DNA from: a virus
IMG/VR virus record: IMGVR_UViG_3300034121_000850
Span: 18,889 to 82,888 of that record
Reading direction: 5' to 3' (one strand)
Length of the DNA: 64,000 nucleotides
In this document: piece by piece, positions 41,802-51,854 of the stretch
How positions within the stretch are numbered: the first letter of the stretch is position 1
Layout: every line of letters starts with the position of its first letter
Translations under genes and position numbers: made by a program
The notes under the pieces: generated by a model
Databases searched by the model: none
Told to the model about the DNA's origin: nothing
The model's input: only the letters and a program-made list of their open reading frames with translations

Positions 41802-43360
41802 TCTTTACAAGGTGTATCACATTCTTCACAAAACTCTAATGCTTTAGACATTAAATCTTTTGCAGTAAATAAATTATTGTTTAAATCAACAGGTAAAACA
41901 TCATAAAGATAATTAAAACTGTATATACTATTTACAATATTCATATAAGTAAATAGTAATGCTTGTAAAGCTACAAAATTATAATAATCTTTATGATTAC
42001 AGTCATTACAATCATGACAATCTTTACCTCCACCACAAGCTATTGTTTTTATATAATAATTAAAACAGTCTTTAATTTTACAATCATTAAACATAATTGT
42101 AGAATTTTCGATAGGTTCTCCCCCATTTTTATCAATACTTACCCCTGTAAATTTAAAAACATTAGTTGAATCTATTGTAACTGTAACGCATTCGCATGGT
42201 TCAATAGTTAATTCACCAACATCTTCAAATACATTATCTGAATTTAAACTTGCATAAGTAATTGTAGTAGGCTGAAATGATTTATTACAAATAGTATATT
42301 CATTACAATTATCTGTTTTCTTTATAGACCACCAATTACAACCTTGTACTTTTTCAAATGTACAACATTTATGTAAAATTTGTGTTGAATCGTTAGGATT
42401 TCTAATAACTAAACAAGCTTGAATAATATAATCGCCTGTTTCAGGAATATTAAAATAAAATGGATATGATGCAGCATTATGAACATAAGGATAAGATATA
42501 CCTGTAATTGAATTAATTTGTGTAGCAATTACAGTTCCATTATAATCAATTAAACTGAACTCAATTTCAAAATCGGTAAAACAATATTCAAGAGTACCAT
42601 TATTAGGATATTTTTGAATGTATGTAAAATCTAAAGCTAATACTGCATAATTGTTTGAAAAAATACTTATACAATCTTCGTTAGAACAACCTGTATTTGT
42701 AACTTGTAAAATACCACTAGGTATAGTTTTAAGTATAAGATCATTAGGTCCTTCAATACAACTTAAACCATTAACATCAAAAGTAATAACATTTGCAGCT
42801 AATAAAGGGTCAGCATAAGAAATTATACCTTTTTTATTAGGTATAACAGATGTAACACCATTTTGTTCAAAATATGTACTAAAAGCAGGATAAGAACTTA
42901 CTAAATAATATGTAAGACTAGAATTTACAAAAGGTGTATAAAAGCCATAATACGCATAAAATGGTGTAGTACGAATAGTATCAACAATAACTATATAAGG
43001 GTCAAAATCAAGTCCAAAAACTTGAAAAATATTTTGGTAAGAATGATAACCACCTCTAACAAGTTCTAATTCAATATCAATAGATTCCCAAGGATTTAAC
43101 CCTATAATTTCAAATTGAAAAATTTCACCACTAACCCCTGTTGATACGAAATTATCAACAGATATAGTATTAGTAGGAGCGTTAACTATAATTGGAATAG
43201 CAGGTAAAGAAAATCCAAATTCAGGATAATCTACTACAACTACACCATTAACAGTAAGTTTTATTCCAGGTGTTGTAGAATCAAATGCTAGTAGAGGGTT
43301 AGAACAATCTTCCCCTCCACTAGCATCAATACTATAAATTTGAAATTTAACTAAAGACAT
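41792..43360 (-). CDS. putative tail hub protein (Cys-rich)
   Basis: 522 aa with beta-sandwich domains and a C-terminal C..C..C cluster, downstream of the capsid genes. Confidence 0.55.
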   Translation of the reverse strand: MSLVKFQIYSIDASGGEDCSNPLLAFDSTTPGIKLTVNGVVVVDYPEFGFSLPAIPIIVNAPTNTISVDNFVSTGVSGEIFQFEIIGLNPWESIDIELELVRGGYHSYQNIFQVFGLDFDPYIVIVDTIRTTPFYAYYGFYTPFVNSSLTYYLVSSYPAFSTYFEQNGVTSVIPNKKGIISYADPLLAANVITFDVNGLSCIEGPNDLILKTIPSGILQVTNTGCSNEDCISIFSNNYAVLALDFTYIQKYPNNGTLEYCFTDFEIEFSLIDYNGTVIATQINSITGISYPYVHNAASYPFYFNIPETGDYIIQACLVIRNPNDSTQILHKCCTFEKVQGCNWWSIKKTDNCNEYTICNKSFQPTTITYASLNSDNVFEDVGELTIEPCECVTVTIDSTNVFKFTGVSIDKNGGEPIENSTIMFNDCKIKDCFNYYIKTIACGGGKDCHDCNDCNHKDYYNFVALQALLFTYMNIVNSIYSFNYLYDVLPVDLNNNLFTAKDLMSKALEFCEECDTPCKDCG

Positions 43361-43399
43361 TAAGTGTTAAATAAATAATAGTTAAATAATAATTAAATA

Positions 43400-44377
43400 T
43401 TAATCAAATATCTGTAAAATAGCGTTAACAGCAGTCTGAACAGTATTAGCAGGAGCGTTAGGAATAACTAACTCTACAATCATATCATCAGTATCTGCGC
43501 TACCACCAGTATTATTATCTCTATCTTTTCTGAATTGAATACCATACATATCATAAGTTTCACCTACAACAGCAGGGTTAGCAAAACTAAACATTTGATT
43601 AGCTAAACAATCTTGTGAAGTATTACCAAGTTCAGTAGAGTATTCTTGCCAAATAGTAACAACATCAGAGTAAGTACCTGAACCAAATACAACAGCAACA
43701 GTTACAGCATTTAAAGTTTCATCTATTGTAGCATCTGTTGCAATACCGCTAACACCTACACTAATTTGAGTATCTACAGGAATAACAGTAAGAGAAATAC
43801 CAACACTAAGTGGACCTGTAACAGTAGCAACAGCAGTTACAAGTTGTGACAATTGTGGGTGGTTATTAATACGAACTACTAAATCATTAATAACAGAAGT
43901 TGCAGTAGAAGAAGCGTTTACAGTTGATTCTACACGATAAATTTCAATAGCAGGTAGAGTACCAGCACTCATATTTTGAATACGAATATGAGCAGTTTCA
44001 CCAACTACAAGTGTTGGAAAGTTCATATCACCAATACCAGCACCATCATCACCAATTAAAACAACTTGTGCAACAGGAGCTACATAAGCACGTAGTGAAT
44101 ACTTAGAACCAAAAGGTATAACCATACTACGTTTTACAGTAGTACCAGTAGTTGCAGGAACACCTTGATAAATAATATAACCTTGTCTTGTAAGGTTTAA
44201 AGGAGTAACGGCAGCAAGCAAAGCAGCAGCAGTAGCAGCTGTTACGAATGTACCATCATTTGTAAATATAGCACAAGCGCCATCGGCAAGTAAGCCAACT
44301 TGGTTTATTGTAGCTATCGTACCACCACCTGCTAATAAGCCATAGTTTAGGTCTTTAAAAACGAGCATTTTTCTCAT
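43400..44377 (-). CDS. auxiliary/minor capsid protein (putative)
   Basis: Ala/Thr/Gly-rich; Y.APVAQV, G.GT...V...E..T..G, Y..Y.I and ELVIP motifs; position downstream of MCP. Confidence 0.65.
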   Translation of the reverse strand: MRKMLVFKDLNYGLLAGGGTIATINQVGLLADGACAIFTNDGTFVTAATAAALLAAVTPLNLTRQGYIIYQGVPATTGTTVKRSMVIPFGSKYSLRAYVAPVAQVVLIGDDGAGIGDMNFPTLVVGETAHIRIQNMSAGTLPAIEIYRVESTVNASSTATSVINDLVVRINNHPQLSQLVTAVATVTGPLSVGISLTVIPVDTQISVGVSGIATDATIDETLNAVTVAVVFGSGTYSDVVTIWQEYSTELGNTSQDCLANQMFSFANPAVVGETYDMYGIQFRKDRDNNTGGSADTDDMIVELVIPNAPANTVQTAVNAILQIFD

Positions 44378-44380
44378 GAT

Positions 44381-45460
44381 TTATTCTATTTTTAGATTTT
44401 CTGTTAAGAATTGTTTGTAAGTATTTGAATTGATTAAACTTTTTATTGTTGTAATTGTATTATTTAGAATCTCATGATGTACATTTTCATCTAAATCACT
44501 TGTTATATTCAAATTATGATTAACTTTCATTGGTTTTTTATAATACTTAAAACCTACATTTTGAATATAAAATTGTTCATTATGGTATAATCTTAATAAC
44601 CCTTTAGTAATCTCACAAACAACAGATATTGGAGAAGTTTTAGTAAAAGAATCTCTTAGTCTATCATTGATTACTTCTGAATTATAAACTCTACCTTCTG
44701 CTACTTTTAACTTTTTATTTGCTAAATTATATTGTTTAGCACTTACTGCACTGAAAGGAATAGTAGATACACTTGCCGCTGTTATTCTTATATTAGTATA
44801 ACTTGAATTTGAACTTAAAAAATATAATCTACCAACTCCAAATGTTCCTGCTAATTGTTCCCAATAAACTTCTAATCCTGTTAGATTAGTATAACTAATC
44901 ACATCACGTATTAAATCTTTTATATAAAACCAATATTCAATATTAATACCAGCGTTTATATATGGATAAGTAGCACTTGTAAAAATAGTAATATAAGTTC
45001 CATTTACTTCTAATTCAATTCTAAAAGGAGAATAATCATAATTTGTAGGTAAACTATATTCAGCAATACCAAAACTTGTTGCAGTTTCAACATAAGAATT
45101 AATATTACAATTATAATATACTTCGGGGTTTATTTCTATTTTATGTAAATAATCAGAAGGTAAAAAAGCAAAGACATTACTATTATATGCAGTAGTATTA
45201 CCTATACTTAAAACATCCCAAGTATAAGTAGGAAGATATTTCTCTTTTTTAAGCGTATGTAAATCATCTAATCTTTTAGTAGTATCTTCAAAACCAACTC
45301 CTTTGAGATTAGATTTAGGGTTTAATCTTTGAGAAACAAATTTCTTTATTTCTTCATTGATTAAATAATCTTTTTCTTCTACTCCAAAATCATTTTCAAG
45401 AGCAGAATTGATTTCTTGTAACCCTAAATCTAATCCTATATGGAACTCATTAATAGTCAT
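44381..45460 (-). CDS. head-tail ring/connector protein
   Basis: MTINEFHI..D..LQ.I.S, E.D..IN, GFE...KR.DDL..L, Y.K.P..V, DL.E..H.EI motifs. Confidence 0.75.
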   Translation of the reverse strand: MTINEFHIGLDLGLQEINSALENDFGVEEKDYLINEEIKKFVSQRLNPKSNLKGVGFEDTTKRLDDLHTLKKEKYLPTYTWDVLSIGNTTAYNSNVFAFLPSDYLHKIEINPEVYYNCNINSYVETATSFGIAEYSLPTNYDYSPFRIELEVNGTYITIFTSATYPYINAGINIEYWFYIKDLIRDVISYTNLTGLEVYWEQLAGTFGVGRLYFLSSNSSYTNIRITAASVSTIPFSAVSAKQYNLANKKLKVAEGRVYNSEVINDRLRDSFTKTSPISVVCEITKGLLRLYHNEQFYIQNVGFKYYKKPMKVNHNLNITSDLDENVHHEILNNTITTIKSLINSNTYKQFLTENLKIE

Positions 45461-46389
45461 TAACTAATCTTCTCTTTTACTGCTTTAGTTTTTGGTCTAA
45501 TAAAACCAATTAATTCAGCTTCTAATTTATTTCTAATTGCTTTAAAATTATCTGCATTAGAATTTAAATTAGCAACAACTTCTCTATCGTTTACACCAAG
45601 AACTACTGAACCCATCATAACAGTTTCACTGTTAGGCATACGGTCTAATAGGTTATTTCTTAATGCTTCATGTAATAAAGCTTTTGTATCTAAATCAGGG
45701 TCTTTACAAAGTTTAAGGAATGAAGTAGGATTCTTTTCAACTAATTCATCTAAAAGAATATCCATATCATCATTATCTAAATCATCAAGATTTAAAGATA
45801 AATCATCAACTCTTAAAATATATTTAATAGTATTTCTATCACCTAGTATTTCAAGATAAGCTGCTTTAGCTTTATTTTTAACATCAATCTTTTGTTTAGC
45901 TGCTTTTACTTCCAACTCTTTAGTATGCAAGTAAAACCTAATTTTAGGTGTAGCAAACCGTTCTTCAAAAGAATTAGCAACACGACCATAAACCAACGCG
46001 TATCTATATAGAATATAATCTGCAATGTTAATAGGTCTGCCTTTAATTCTTTCAGATAAAGGTAACTTACTTTCAACATCCATATCAGCTTTAGTACCCC
46101 ATTCCCAACCTGTTTCTAATTTCAAACCTTCATCTTCAGGAATATTAACTGATATATTGTTCCAATATCTACGAGCAGCTTCTGTAAACTTTTCACTTGA
46201 AGCAGAGATACCTAAAATAGGAGGTAAATAAATTAATTCTTCTGCTAATGATAAACCTCTTAAAGGTCCATTATTATTAAGAGAAGCACCAATTTTCCAT
46301 AAACCTACTTGTTTATCACCACTATGATGTAACTCATAAAACTTTTCAACCCTTCTAATAAATACTATTTTACTTTGTACGTTTTCCAT
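45460..46389 (-). CDS. conserved crAss protein downstream of MCP (gene 75-like)
   Basis: KIGAS, E...YLP.ILGIS, YW.NIS..IP...LE.G, PIN..DY.LYRY.L.Y..VAN, KIRFY. Confidence 0.8.
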   Translation of the reverse strand: MENVQSKIVFIRRVEKFYELHHSGDKQVGLWKIGASLNNNGPLRGLSLAEELIYLPPILGISASSEKFTEAARRYWNNISVNIPEDEGLKLETGWEWGTKADMDVESKLPLSERIKGRPINIADYILYRYALVYGRVANSFEERFATPKIRFYLHTKELEVKAAKQKIDVKNKAKAAYLEILGDRNTIKYILRVDDLSLNLDDLDNDDMDILLDELVEKNPTSFLKLCKDPDLDTKALLHEALRNNLLDRMPNSETVMMGSVVLGVNDREVVANLNSNADNFKAIRNKLEAELIGFIRPKTKAVKEKIS

Positions 46390-46418
46390 TTTTTTTTGTT
46401 ATTTGTTTTTATTGTTAA

Positions 46419-46447
46419 ATCGGGGAGTACACTACATACCCCCCGAT
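46419..46447 (-). terminator. stem-loop after the major capsid gene (terminator or mRNA stabilizer)
   Basis: ATCGGGGGGTATGTAGTGTACTCCCCGAT followed by a short T-run on the minus strand. Confidence 0.6.
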
Positions 46448-46469
46448 ACATTATAAACCGACCTTTAAA

Positions 46470-47927
46470 CTACGATAAATCACAAGTTAAATTAAAGCAA
46501 TGTGTATTTCTACGAATACATATACTTTTAGCAGAGAGGAAGTGAATTTTAGATTCATCTTTTTCAGTTGCTACATTCTCAAAATTATTACCAGTAAAAT
46601 GATAAGGTGTGGAAGCCATACCTTGCAAAATACCTGTTACCATACCACGACCTTTTTGAGTTGCCATTTGTACGTTAGGAAGCCCATCATACATACTCAT
46701 ATCAAGGAAAGTCATTCTATAAGACTCAAGTGGACGACCAGTGATAGGATGTTTAGGAGAGTTTTCAGCACGACCACCAAAATCTAAAAGAGGAAGTTTT
46801 TTAAGAGTGATAGTATGACCATCAACGTGCTTATAACTTGTAAAATATCCTCCGAACATTAGATTATGAGAATTAGTAGCACCACCTACAAATTTATCTC
46901 CAACATTAGAGTTAGAAACCATTGTAAATCCATTACCTTCTTCTTTCATAGCATTGTCAAATTCTTCTGCACCACCATCACCTGTAAATAAGGCAATGTT
47001 CATAACACCAGTATCAGTAGCACCATAAAGTACATCAGAAACAGTACGCTTAATTTTATCAGCAGTTAATTGACCATAAGTATCATTGTTATCAATTTGG
47101 TCAAATACACCTGCACAATAAGGAATAGGAAGTCCTGTATCTTCATCCATCAAATCAATAGTACCATCAGGGTTTCTATTGTATTCTGAATACCACAAAT
47201 GTTCTTCTAAATCTTGTTTCCAATTAAGAGAATGTTGCCATTTCTCAAAGTCCATCCACAAGCTTGTAGGTTTACCATCAACTTTAAACTGTACTTCAAC
47301 TGTTTTACGAGCAATATTACCACGAAGAGCATAAGACTTACGAAGGAAGCTTATTTGATTCTTCATTTTTCCAGGCATAACAACATTACTTGCATTACCC
47401 ATAGAACCTGATTCAGATACGTTAGCACCTGCACCCATAGACCACTGTTGACCAGCTAATAAATCCGCAGCAGGAATAGCTACACCATTATTCTTAATTT
47501 TAACTAATTCATAACGGTAAAAATTACCTACTTTTTTTCCTGTCTTTTGAATCCTACAAAGAACACCACTTGGAGAGAATACGTTATGTTGTACTTTCAA
47601 CCAATTAGTACGGAAATCAAGAGTAAAATAACTGTTATTTAAACCAACTCCAGTAGTTACAGCAGGTGTAACAGCAATAGAATCAGACCTACGCAACTTA
47701 CGAAACGTACTATAAAAGTATTGAACATCATTAAGTTCAACAGTTTTAATTCCATTGTTTTGTCCTTCTGTTAAGAAAGATAGTGGAAACTTTAAATCCT
47801 CTCTACCTTGTAGGTGAGTTAGAACAGGTACAATTTGTTCAGGATTAGTTAATAAAGCAGAAGATAAAGAATTTTCATCAGTAAACCCTTTACCATCAAA
47901 CTTATCGTGATATATTACTCTTGACAT
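46470..47927 (-). CDS. major capsid protein
   Basis: 485 aa; FPLSFLTEG, PGKMKNQIS.LRKSY, LW.D.E.WQ, LFTG.GG..EFD.A, GYFT.Y.H.DGH.IT, HP.TG.PLES. Confidence 0.93.
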   Translation of the reverse strand: MSRVIYHDKFDGKGFTDENSLSSALLTNPEQIVPVLTHLQGREDLKFPLSFLTEGQNNGIKTVELNDVQYFYSTFRKLRRSDSIAVTPAVTTGVGLNNSYFTLDFRTNWLKVQHNVFSPSGVLCRIQKTGKKVGNFYRYELVKIKNNGVAIPAADLLAGQQWSMGAGANVSESGSMGNASNVVMPGKMKNQISFLRKSYALRGNIARKTVEVQFKVDGKPTSLWMDFEKWQHSLNWKQDLEEHLWYSEYNRNPDGTIDLMDEDTGLPIPYCAGVFDQIDNNDTYGQLTADKIKRTVSDVLYGATDTGVMNIALFTGDGGAEEFDNAMKEEGNGFTMVSNSNVGDKFVGGATNSHNLMFGGYFTSYKHVDGHTITLKKLPLLDFGGRAENSPKHPITGRPLESYRMTFLDMSMYDGLPNVQMATQKGRGMVTGILQGMASTPYHFTGNNFENVATEKDESKIHFLSAKSICIRRNTHCFNLTCDLS

Positions 47928-47965
47928 TTTTTTTAATGATTTTTAGTTGTTGTTTTTATTTATTT

Positions 47966-49321
47966 TTATTGTATATTACTTATTGATAAATTATTTAAAT
48001 TAACTTTAGTACTATGATATTCAGGGTTTGTAGTTATAGTTAAAGCTTTCTTAGGTACAAATCTTTGCTTAATAGTTTGAACATTTTGACGTTTTACTAA
48101 CAAATCAGCAACGTCTTTAATATTAAAACCTTTATAACGTAGATAAGCATAACCAAGCCTAGTGCTTAAATCTTCTTTACTCCTGTCAATCATTTCTTGA
48201 CTTTTACCATTTTCAACATTAGCAGAAAAATACTTATAAAAGCCTTCTTTATCTTTTGTAGGTATTTGTATATTAGATACATCAACCCCTTTACTGTCTT
48301 TAATATTTAAAACTCCTGTTTTTACAATAACATCTTCAACAGAGTTCCAATACGCTATTTCATCATCTTGTCTTGCTTTAATTGAATCAGCTATTTGTTT
48401 AGCTTTAGTCAATTCATTTGCTTTTTGATTATCTTGAAGTTCTTTCAAAATAGCAGAAGCATCATTATATAATTCATCAGTTGATGAATCTTTAGACCTT
48501 ACAGCAATAGCTTCTGCCATATCAGGTTTAATACCTTTAGCTACAAGTCCTTGCTTTAAAACATTTACTAATTGAGTTGTATTATTTTTATTTAATACTT
48601 GACTACTCCAATCATTATTTACAGGGTTACTAAAAAAAGATTCTTCTGTACCACCTAATAACAAATGATTTAAAAACTGTTGAACACGTGGTATTTCTTG
48701 AAATACATTAGTTCTAATCTCTTCTTTTTTAAGTTGAATTACATCTTCAACATATTCTTTTAAACCATCCTCTGTATCAGAATATTTTTTAACAGCTCCT
48801 GTTTCATCAAAAACCTGTAAGTTATTATTAACTTGGAAGTTTTCAATAAAATCACTTGTAGTATCATTACCTCCTGCTGCTGCAAGAACAGATTTTGTAG
48901 CTACAATATTTCCAGCAGCATCAACAGCATCACCATTAGTATTTAAACTATAAGAAGCTTCTTTACCATTTACTATTAAATTAATAGTTTGTGGTTCTAC
49001 AACACCTTCTTTAAGTTTAGTAACATCATCTTTAGAAGCAATTACAGCACCTTGTGCATCTAAAACTTCTCCATTTGTGTTAACACTTACTCCACCTTCT
49101 ACTTGACTTAAAATTGTAGTAACCTCATCTGCTGTATAATTAACAGGTTCAAGTGTTGGAACAATAGGGTCAACAATAGGTATTGCAGGTACAATAGGAT
49201 TTGGAACACCTCCTCCTAATATATCTTTACCATCTTCAACAATGACACCTTCAGGGTCAGATAATACTTCATTCAAATAATGCAATGTAGGTTCAGCAAA
49301 AGCACCTTTATTATGATTCAT
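47966..49321 (-). CDS. putative scaffolding / gene 77-like protein
   Basis: Acidic Pro-rich N-terminus, G.AVDA.G repeats, YW..V...I..G; located between portal and MCP. Confidence 0.7.
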   Translation of the reverse strand: MNHNKGAFAEPTLHYLNEVLSDPEGVIVEDGKDILGGGVPNPIVPAIPIVDPIVPTLEPVNYTADEVTTILSQVEGGVSVNTNGEVLDAQGAVIASKDDVTKLKEGVVEPQTINLIVNGKEASYSLNTNGDAVDAAGNIVATKSVLAAAGGNDTTSDFIENFQVNNNLQVFDETGAVKKYSDTEDGLKEYVEDVIQLKKEEIRTNVFQEIPRVQQFLNHLLLGGTEESFFSNPVNNDWSSQVLNKNNTTQLVNVLKQGLVAKGIKPDMAEAIAVRSKDSSTDELYNDASAILKELQDNQKANELTKAKQIADSIKARQDDEIAYWNSVEDVIVKTGVLNIKDSKGVDVSNIQIPTKDKEGFYKYFSANVENGKSQEMIDRSKEDLSTRLGYAYLRYKGFNIKDVADLLVKRQNVQTIKQRFVPKKALTITTNPEYHSTKVNLNNLSISNIQ

Positions 49322-49433
49322 TTGTTTATAATTTTAGTAGTTAATTCTGTTGTAAATATACCCTTTTTTTCATGTATAATAGCCTTGTTAATCACTCCAA
49401 TTTGCAAAGCCTAAATTTATACCGTAAAAATAG

Positions 49434-51845
49434 TTAGTCGTATTTATTCTTATTTGCTTTAGCAATAGCTAAATCATTATCAATCTTTTTATTCTTTAAC
49501 GCCAATTCAATACGCTTATTTACATTATCTAATTGTTTAGAAGATTCATCAAAATCTTGTTTACGTCTTGCTAAACTTGATTGTATATCAGATTTTTCTT
49601 GTTCTAATAAAAGCTTATTTTCAGCGTGTATATCAGGTGTATTTAAACCTGCTTGAATATCACTTAATGTTTTAGAATCAGCGTTTATCAATGCTACATC
49701 AACACCTTGTTGATAACTCTTATCAGCTACATATTTTGTAGTTTCAATTTTTAATTTATCCGCTTCACCTTTTAATTGTTGTGTTTGAAGTGCAAGTTGC
49801 TCTTTTTCTAATGATATAGATTTTTCATACTGCTTTTCAATCTTATCGTATTTAATCATAACATCAGTTATTTTACTAATACTATTAGCATCTATAATTG
49901 AAGCAATCATAGCAGGATTTTTATCATTCTGCGCTAAACTAAAAGCATAACCTTTCATAGCAGCAACTTTTTCTTTTTCTTGTATTGTGTTTTTAACAAA
50001 TACACCATAAGAACTATTTGCAATTTTTAAAGCATCTATTTCAACATTTTGAACTTCTCCAAGACGATTAATGTATCTACCTTTTTTACCATTTCGGAAA
50101 GCAACTTTACCATTATCTACTAAACCGTTTAAATCTGCTTCTATCCCATCATCAAACTTTCTACTAATTTCAGCAGTCATAATTGAACTACGTTGTAAAG
50201 CACTATCAACATTACCTTTCTTTTCAGAAGCTTTAATATCTCCTAAACGCTGTCTATTAAAACCAATAGAATCATAAGCTTCTATTTTAATAGATTCCAT
50301 TAAATTTCTTGTTTGTTCAATATAATTACCAAGACCTAAATCAACACCTTTAAGATATTGTAATGCTTGTGCTACTTTAGGGTTAGTTTCATCAAACCAT
50401 GATATACCTGTTGCTTCTACATAGTACATCCATTTTTCCATCTTCCAATCTTTTGGTATTAAACCAAAAGGCATCATCATCAACTTATCTTTATTCTTTG
50501 CCATTAACATTTCAAACCTGTAATGGTAAACATTGTACAACAACTGGTACGCCAATACTTGTTTCATTAAAGAGTACCTTCTACGAGTTCTTGTATAACC
50601 TATTTTACCATTATAAGGTAACTTACAACGACTGCTATTATTAATATCATTTCTTTGAACAGGTATCGGACCCCAATCAAAGTATAAAGCATCATATTCA
50701 GTACCTACTTTAAAAACTTGCCATACTTCATTAATGTATTCCCAATTTATAGAAATATCACCATTTAAAGTATCGAGTTTATAATTTTCATCAACCTCCA
50801 TTTCATCAGGTTGACCTAAAAGATTTATATATTGTAATACACCAACCTTCTTAAAAGTCTTCCAAACAATATGAAACAAATCAATATTACCATCACCAGT
50901 ATTAAAACTACTTAAAGCTTGTCTATCACCTAAAGCCATATGAGCAGCATCAGGTGTTGTAGAAACTCTATTATAATATTGAACAGAACCATTACTTATA
51001 GATTGTTCTGATATGGTTGTTAATCTTGTAATATCTTCTTCACCTAAATCTCCTCTCCATCTATCAACAACACTGTTAATAGTTGTAGTAGATTTACGAA
51101 CTACAGCACCAGCATCTTCTATTAGATTATGTTGTTTATCAAAATCAAACACAAAAATATCTTCGGGCATACAAACTTCATAATTAACATCATCATGCAA
51201 TACTTCTTTATATGTTACATATTCTCCTACTGCTACATAATCGCCCCAAGCATCTTGTATTTTATCTTTTAAATTTACAGTATATTCTATAAGTTCTAAT
51301 ATAGTTTGTCCGTCTTTAGCTTGTTCATCATCAAATTTACTACGCAGGGTAGCAACAAGATTTTCTAAACTATCAGTTTCTTCACTTGGAATACCTGTAT
51401 CAATACCTTTCTCATTGACACCTTTAATAAATTTCTTTTGTAAAGTCTTATCTATAGCCTTATCTAAAGCATCTTTAAACTCATTAATGATATCTGCGTT
51501 AGTTGCAACAACAGAATAATCAACAGGTAAATCAGAACGTTCACCAACTAAACTTCTATAAATTGTAGAAATGAAATCATAATTTCTTAGTTCAGCAGGA
51601 CGTTGTAGATACTTAACATCAGAAACTTTATAAGGATTTAAAACATACTCATAAAGCTTTTTATCTATAATACCATCAACAGCATCTCTAAGCATTCCCA
51701 TCTCTGCTCTATCTTCATCAAATGATGACATATTACTTGTATAGTAATCAGCGACTGCTTTTATAAATTCAGGTATTACATCACCTTCTTTAATAGCAAG
51801 TTTTTCAGCAGTAGAAATAGTTTGTTGAGGATAATTATTATTCAT
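49434..51845 (-). CDS. portal protein
   Basis: 803 aa; Y.YVLNPY, PA.LRNYD.I, W..INEVW, KLPYNG, YQ.LYN..HYR.E...AKNK, G..RQR.G. Confidence 0.92.
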   Translation of the reverse strand: MNNNYPQQTISTAEKLAIKEGDVIPEFIKAVADYYTSNMSSFDEDRAEMGMLRDAVDGIIDKKLYEYVLNPYKVSDVKYLQRPAELRNYDFISTIYRSLVGERSDLPVDYSVVATNADIINEFKDALDKAIDKTLQKKFIKGVNEKGIDTGIPSEETDSLENLVATLRSKFDDEQAKDGQTILELIEYTVNLKDKIQDAWGDYVAVGEYVTYKEVLHDDVNYEVCMPEDIFVFDFDKQHNLIEDAGAVVRKSTTTINSVVDRWRGDLGEEDITRLTTISEQSISNGSVQYYNRVSTTPDAAHMALGDRQALSSFNTGDGNIDLFHIVWKTFKKVGVLQYINLLGQPDEMEVDENYKLDTLNGDISINWEYINEVWQVFKVGTEYDALYFDWGPIPVQRNDINNSSRCKLPYNGKIGYTRTRRRYSLMKQVLAYQLLYNVYHYRFEMLMAKNKDKLMMMPFGLIPKDWKMEKWMYYVEATGISWFDETNPKVAQALQYLKGVDLGLGNYIEQTRNLMESIKIEAYDSIGFNRQRLGDIKASEKKGNVDSALQRSSIMTAEISRKFDDGIEADLNGLVDNGKVAFRNGKKGRYINRLGEVQNVEIDALKIANSSYGVFVKNTIQEKEKVAAMKGYAFSLAQNDKNPAMIASIIDANSISKITDVMIKYDKIEKQYEKSISLEKEQLALQTQQLKGEADKLKIETTKYVADKSYQQGVDVALINADSKTLSDIQAGLNTPDIHAENKLLLEQEKSDIQSSLARRKQDFDESSKQLDNVNKRIELALKNKKIDNDLAIAKANKNKYD

Positions 51846-51854
51846 AGTATTATG

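Noticed and set aside
37383-43360. Diversity-generating retroelement targeting tail genes
   Set aside because: No reverse transcriptase and no template/variable repeat pair seen in the window.
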